The notes under the pieces: model-generated
Databases searched by the model: none
Told to the model about the DNA's origin: nothing
Seen by the model: the letters and a program-made list of their open reading frames with translations, nothing else
Shown: piece by piece, positions 58,861 through 64,000 of the stretch
Layout of the letters: every line of letters begins with the position of its first letter
Numbering within the stretch: the stretch's first letter is position 1
Position numbers and translations under genes: made by a program
DNA from: Bacillus subtilis subsp. subtilis str. 168
GTDB lineage: Bacteria; Bacillota; Bacilli; Bacillales; Bacillaceae
Direction: 5' to 3'
Length of the DNA: 64,000 nucleotides
NCBI RefSeq assembly: GCF_000009045.1
Contig: NC_000964.3
Span: 1,116,001 to 1,180,000 of the forward strand

Positions 58861-59976
58861 TTAATAGGCTGAGCCATCCCACTTGTAGCGATTGACGATC
58901 TCCATATTGATCTCTGTGCCAATGCCTTTTCCTTTCGGGATGTGGACCATTCCTTTTGAAGGCTGCAGGCTGACGAGATCTGTAAAAGGATTCTCCATGA
59001 CGTCCCACTCGATCGGTTCAATGTGATCGTTCTTCATTTTAGACCATGGGGGCAGACAGGCTTGTGCAAATAAAGCATAGAGCCGTGAGAGCGATCCGTC
59101 ATATGCATGGGCGGATGCTCTGACGCCGAAATAACGCGCGAGCTGGAGGCAGTCCCGAAACTCATCAATTCCGTTGACATGCATGACATCGGGCTGAATG
59201 ATATCCAAACAGCGCTGTGAAAGGAGAGGCACATATTGCGCCGGGCCTTTCATGTTTTCTCCGCCGGCAACAGGAACAGACAAACGGCTTCGAAGCATAG
59301 CGTAATCCTGCGGCTGATCAAAGGGCAAAGGCTCCTCAAGCCAGCCAATGTTCGTCCATTCGGAGAAATAGCGCTCCCATTTAAAAGCCGCAGCGGCATC
59401 GTAGCTTTGGTTTGCGTCCAGAATCATCGTAATGGAGCTGCCTGCTGTATGCTGCAGCGCATTGATGTGCCGGACATCCTCCTTGAATGAAGTCCCGCCA
59501 ATTTTGACTTTGATTTGCTCAAAACCTTTTTTCAACTGGGCTTCAACATTGGAGACTGAGCGGCTGATCCATTGCGGGGAGTCTGAGTACGATTGAAAAG
59601 ACGCGTACACAGGAATCTCCTCTCTGTATCGCCCGCCCCATAATTCGCAAACCGAACAATCCGCAGCTTTGGCTGCAATCTCTGTCAGCGCCATGCTTAC
59701 AGCGGAGGCCGCCCGCTGGTGCCATTTTTGAATCGTGCGCACTAATGACAGGCGGCTGCCAGCCTGTTTTCCTAATAGAAATGGGATGATCCGCTTCGTA
59801 AAACCGACATGGAGAGCAGGGAGCCAATCAACGCATTCTCCCCAGCCGTCTATCCCGCTTTCGGTGATAATCCTGATGAGATAACAAGTCCGATATCGTT
59901 TAAACCCATTGGCATCTCCGTATGGCTTTTCTAATCGATGAAATAGCGGAAAGGTTTCAATCCGTACAATTTTCAC
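58861..59976 (-). CDS. yitF: Enolase-superfamily (mandelate racemase/MLE) enzyme
   Basis: KxK (IKVKIG), metal ligands D (LDAN), E (LEEP), E (GGEN), His base (SAHAYD). Confidence 0.92.
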
Positions 59977-59984
59977 ACTGGGTG

Positions 59985-61253
59985 CTACCTTTCCTCAGCG
60001 GGCTGGAGCCGATTGCCAGCCATTTTAGGGTCTTCTTTTTCTTTTGTTTCTTCATTGTTTTGCTTCACATGGATGAGCATCATCACAAGAATCCCGACAA
60101 CGAGAGTCAATCCCGCGATGCTTAAAAACATGCCGGGTCTGGACCATTGCATCAGGCGGCCGAAAATCGGAGGACCGATCGCTACCCCTAAGAAACGTAC
60201 AGAGCCGTACAGCGAGGTGACAAATCCCCGTCTTTCTTTGCCGACAGCCCCGGTAATGAAACTGTTCACACAAGGAAGGACAAGACCTGAGCCTATACTG
60301 CTCAGTACAAGAACACTGATAAAAAGGACAAGATTTTCAATGAATGACAGTGCCGCGTAGGATACGGTCATGAACGCCAATCCAAGTACGATCAGCTTTT
60401 TCATTAACGATTGCTTTTGCCCGATTTTGCTTCCTGTTGTATAGGACGTCACACACATAACCAAAAGCGGGATCGCTAAAATTAAGCCTTTTTTCACGCC
60501 GTCGGTGTCGTATGTTTTTTCAAGAACATCTGAGAGATAAAACAGGATGCCGAATAAAGTAAACAAACAGGTCGCACCGGCTAAATAAGCGGTAAACAGC
60601 CATCTGCCTTCATGTTTAAAGACACTTAACAGCCCTTTTGCATATTGTCCGATTGGTGGCGGTTCTTTTTCCTTTTTCTTTTCTTTAATAAAAATCCAAG
60701 TCAGTACGATCGAAATGATACAAAACACAGGAAAGGCAAAAAACGCGCCATACCAGACAAGCAGGGCGATCAGCGAGCCAATGATCGGCGATAGCACTTT
60801 CCCCATGCCGTTTGAAGCTTCAACAAGGCCGAGCACCTTGCTCTCCTGGGCGCCTTTAAACAGATCTCCCGTCAGTGCCATGGCAATTGGGCCGGTTCCG
60901 GCTGCCCCGATTCCCTGTAACGCTCGTCCTGCCATGACCCAAGGATAGGCATTGTCAAAAAAACCTGCCGCAAACCCGGCTAACAAACCGCCGGCACCAT
61001 ACAAAATTAAGCAGGGAATAATGATGACTTTCCTTGAGAATCGGTCTGCGAGATAACCGACAATCGGAATCGCAAATGCTGCAATCAAGGAAAATACTGT
61101 GATCACGAGACTGACTTGAAATTGTGATAAATGAAGTTCAGATTTCATTTTTGGCAAAATCGGAATAAGCATCGAGTTTCCTAGGGTTAATATTAAAGGG
61201 ATTGAACCGATTGCCACAATCGTCATTCCGTTATTTTGTTTTGATGATTCCAT
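59985..61253 (-). CDS. yitG: MFS transporter
   Basis: [10 protein letters not shown] motif A, GRALQGIG; 12 TM. AAGGAGTG RBS. Confidence 0.92.
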
Positions 61254-61323
61254 CTCAGAGCACACTCCTTTTCTTCTGCTTAGAATGTCCCTGATGGCTT
61301 CGTTTATTCAGCGATCAGACAGC

Positions 61324-61352
61324 AAAAAACCGAACAGAAGATACCTGTTCGG
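61324..61352 (-). terminator. Terminator after yitH
   Basis: CCGAACAG-N7-CTGTTCGG with a U-tract on the minus strand. Confidence 0.8.
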
Positions 61353-61364
61353 GAAAAAAGAGGG

Positions 61365-62213
61365 TTAACCGAGAGCCTGTGAAATCAAAGCATATAAGTG
61401 TCCATTTTGAATAGGCGCTTTTTTCTGATAGAACAAAATCGGAGGTTCATCATCTTTATGAAATCCCATTTCTATCAGGCTGTCATGCAGAGACGTGTGT
61501 TCACTCGGTATATCGATTCGCATCGGCCCTTGTTTGCCGGCCGCCAGCCTTGTAATTATCTGTGCTGCAACATCTGATGATGGAGCGATGATAGGGCCGA
61601 ATTTCAAATTGGCCGGTGTCTGTACAGAAAGTCCGTAGCCAATGAGCTGTCCGTCCTGATTTCTGGCGATGATACATTCGCATGAAGCAGAAATAAGCTG
61701 CTGCAAAAGGTTTGATCGATCTCCGCCAAAGGCAGCCAGATCCGCCGCGGTTAAGTCGTGAAAGTCTTGTTCTCTAAAGGATGTCAGTTCAGCATCAAGC
61801 TTTTTTGTATAAGGTTGAAAACTGTGACAGCTGTACTTTCGCACTGAACCTGCCGTATGAAAACCTGCTTTTTCATAAAGCGGCAAACCTTCTTTTGTGG
61901 CGCAAAGCCTGATGGCGGTGTTTTCATCCGTTTGGGTAATACAGGCGTTTACCATACGCCGGCCAAGACCGAGCCGTTGATATTCCTTGTCAACGATAAC
62001 AAGGCCGATAGAAGTAAGACGGCCAAACAAAAACAAGCCGATGCAGGAAATAATATCACCGCTGACATTTTGATAACCGAAAAAGCGTCCCTGCTGAACA
62101 AGCAGTTTCAGCTCTTGTTCGCCATAATCCGGCCACCCGGCTTGCCCGCAAAGCCGCAATAAGCCGGAAACGTGTTCTTCATGAAGCTTAATCAGTTCAT
62201 CTACTACGTCCAT
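61365..62213 (-). CDS. yitH: Tandem-GNAT N-acetyltransferase (282 aa)
   Basis: V..EYQRLGLG acetyl-CoA motif, LYEKAGF. Confidence 0.88.
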   Translation of the reverse strand: MDVVDELIKLHEEHVSGLLRLCGQAGWPDYGEQELKLLVQQGRFFGYQNVSGDIISCIGLFLFGRLTSIGLVIVDKEYQRLGLGRRMVNACITQTDENTAIRLCATKEGLPLYEKAGFHTAGSVRKYSCHSFQPYTKKLDAELTSFREQDFHDLTAADLAAFGGDRSNLLQQLISASCECIIARNQDGQLIGYGLSVQTPANLKFGPIIAPSSDVAAQIITRLAAGKQGPMRIDIPSEHTSLHDSLIEMGFHKDDEPPILFYQKKAPIQNGHLYALISQALG

Positions 62214-62217
62214 AAGA

Positions 62218-62667
62218 TCACCTGCTTGTTCTAAGTGTTTTGTACATGACAATATGATTGCCAATGCCGGGAATGTCAAATGGTTCGCCAAGTTCCTTCC
62301 AGCCAAGCTTGGCATAGTAGCCCTTGACATGGTGTCTTGCGTTGCACCATACCGCCTGAACGCCGCTCTCCGCCAGTTTGTGCTCCGCGTGTTTGATCAG
62401 CGTGCTTCCAGCTTTTTGATCGCGATATCCCTCGAGCGTTGCCATGCCTCTCAGCCGATACGCAGAGGCTTCCGTTAATAAAGGCTGACTTTGCGGGGAA
62501 AAAGAAGCGATGCTGATCAGCGTTCCATCATAAAACACGCCGAGATGAAAGGAGCCTTCTGCGTGATCCTCTTTATATTTGCATTGTTCGATGGATTGAT
62601 GGGGACGCAGAATGCGATGCCGGATTTCATATGTATCTTCCACGGAAATGGTTTTGACTTCGAGCAT
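62218..62667 (-). CDS. yitI: GNAT N-acetyltransferase (149 aa)
   Basis: LRGMAT...YR.Q.AG, WCNAR....GYY...G. Confidence 0.9.
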   Translation of the reverse strand: MLEVKTISVEDTYEIRHRILRPHQSIEQCKYKEDHAEGSFHLGVFYDGTLISIASFSPQSQPLLTEASAYRLRGMATLEGYRDQKAGSTLIKHAEHKLAESGVQAVWCNARHHVKGYYAKLGWKELGEPFDIPGIGNHIVMYKTLRTSR

Positions 62668-62717
62668 AATGTTCCTCCTCATGATTGTTTTTCTATATCG
62701 TAACACGAATCTCGTTG

Positions 62718-62751
62718 AAAAAGACTGCCCGATTCGATCAGGCAGTCTTTT
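62718..62751 (-). terminator. Terminator after yitJ
   Basis: AAAAGACTGCC-N11-GGCAGTCTTTT. Confidence 0.85.
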
Positions 62752-62756
62752 GGAAA

Positions 62757-64000
62757 TTAATGCAAAAAGATATTTTGGCGCTGCTCATCTTTTTGCTGAA
62801 TATATGATGTGAGCTCAGCGGTTAAGTCAGATCTGAGGAAAGGCGTTATCAAGTAGATGCCGTTAAACAGCTCGCATGCCGTATCCAGCAGGGAGCGTGC
62901 AATTGCAAGGCCTTCCGCCTTTTGCTTTTCTTTATCTTCACCGGCATGGGCCATTTTTTCGCGAATCGTATCAGACAGCTTAATGCCGGGAATTTCATTA
63001 TGGATGAATTCGGCATTCCGGCTGCTTGTCAGCGGCATGATGCCGATATAGATCGGCGTCTTCAGATGTTTTGTTTCGTTATGGATATCGACAAGCTGCT
63101 GCTCGGAATAGACAGGCTGAGAAACAAAATAATCTGCGCCGCAATCTATTTTTTTCTCAAGCCGTTTTACCGCTTTATCCAGATGGCGGACGTTAGGATT
63201 AAATGCGGCGGCAACTGAGAAATTCGTTTTCTTGCCGAGCGGTTTTCCAGACAGAGACAGACCTTCATTGAATTGTTTGATCAGCCTGATTAAATCAAAA
63301 GATGTTAAATCATATACAGACGTCGCCCCAGGAAAATCCCCGATTTTAGAAGGGTCACCTGTAATAGCAAGCACGTCATTCAGCCCTAACGTATCAAGGC
63401 CCATTAAATGTGACTGTAAGCCGATAATGTTACGGTCACGGCACGTAATATGGACAAGGGAACGCATATCGAGCTGCTGCTTGACAAGGGCGCCGCAGGC
63501 AACATTGCTGATCCGCGGGGTCGCCAAAGAATTGTCGGCGAGTGTCAGGGCATCGATTCCCGCTTCTTTTAATTCAGCAGCAGCGGACAGAAATTTGTCA
63601 AAGCTTAGTTTTTTCGGCGGGTCCAGCTCTACGATAATAGAGCGTTTTTTCGCTGCGATCTCATCCAGGCCGGGCTCGGTTCGCTCGTGATGAACAGAAA
63701 TGAATTCTTTCGCCCGGGTTTTGACTTCTTTTTCCGTAATCGGAGCCAGCCCGCCAACCGCTTCCGCCATCGCCCTGATGTGATTCGGCGTTGTGCCGCA
63801 GCAGCCGCCGATAATCCGCGCACCTTGCTTACGGAATTCTGACGCGCTGTTTTGAAAATACGTGTCGTCTGTTTCATAGACGAGCCGTCCCTCTTCAAGC
63901 GAAGGAAGACTGCTGTTCGGATAAACGGATAAGAATACGTCATCAAAAATCGGCACTTCGCTTAGCGCTTCAATCATGTGATAAGGGCCGAGGCGGCAGT
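62757..64000 (-). CDS. yitJ: Homocysteine S-methyltransferase / methylenetetrahydrofolate reductase fusion, 3' part
   Basis: [12 protein letters not shown] (end of the Hcy-binding domain), then the MTHFR domain (VELDPP, TCRDRN, ITGDP). 5' end is beyond the window. Confidence 0.93.

Overview
This is ordinary Bacillus subtilis chromosome, collinear with the comK-to-yitJ region of strain 168 (recognised from gene order and protein sequences; no database was searched). It holds about 62 genes. In order: two stress SDR oxidoreductases flanking yhzC/comK; yhjA-E and sipV; a flavin monooxygenase with a MarR regulator (yhjGH); an AT-rich kanosamine/neotrehalosadiamine island (glcP-ntdCBA-ntdR); yhjN-R, including an SgrR-like regulator and the Csp3 copper-storage protein; the addBA-sbcDC-yisB recombination operon; gerPA-PF; yisI/J/K/L, wprA, yisN, asnO, yizA and yisP; the yisQ/R-iolQ-iolX block; yisT-Y; a second sulfate-activation set (yisZ-yitA-yitB) divergent from ComB/ComA homologues (yitC-yitD); yitE-I; and the 3' part of yitJ. 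I saw no rRNA, tRNA, CRISPR array, IS element or prophage. The most interesting signals are: a likely sulfate-to-sulfolactate spore pathway; a CsoR-type palindrome upstream of csp3; one beta-motif shared by all six GerP proteins; unannotated operators for YhjH and YisV; an SgrR-like/MFS divergent pair; a 19-bp-spacer ntdA promoter; a degenerate CotH-like pseudokinase; and a structured element in the gerPA-yisI gap. Several start codons were moved downstream of the ORF-track start to match ribosome-binding sites. Motifs were found by eye, and GC content was judged by inspection, not computed.
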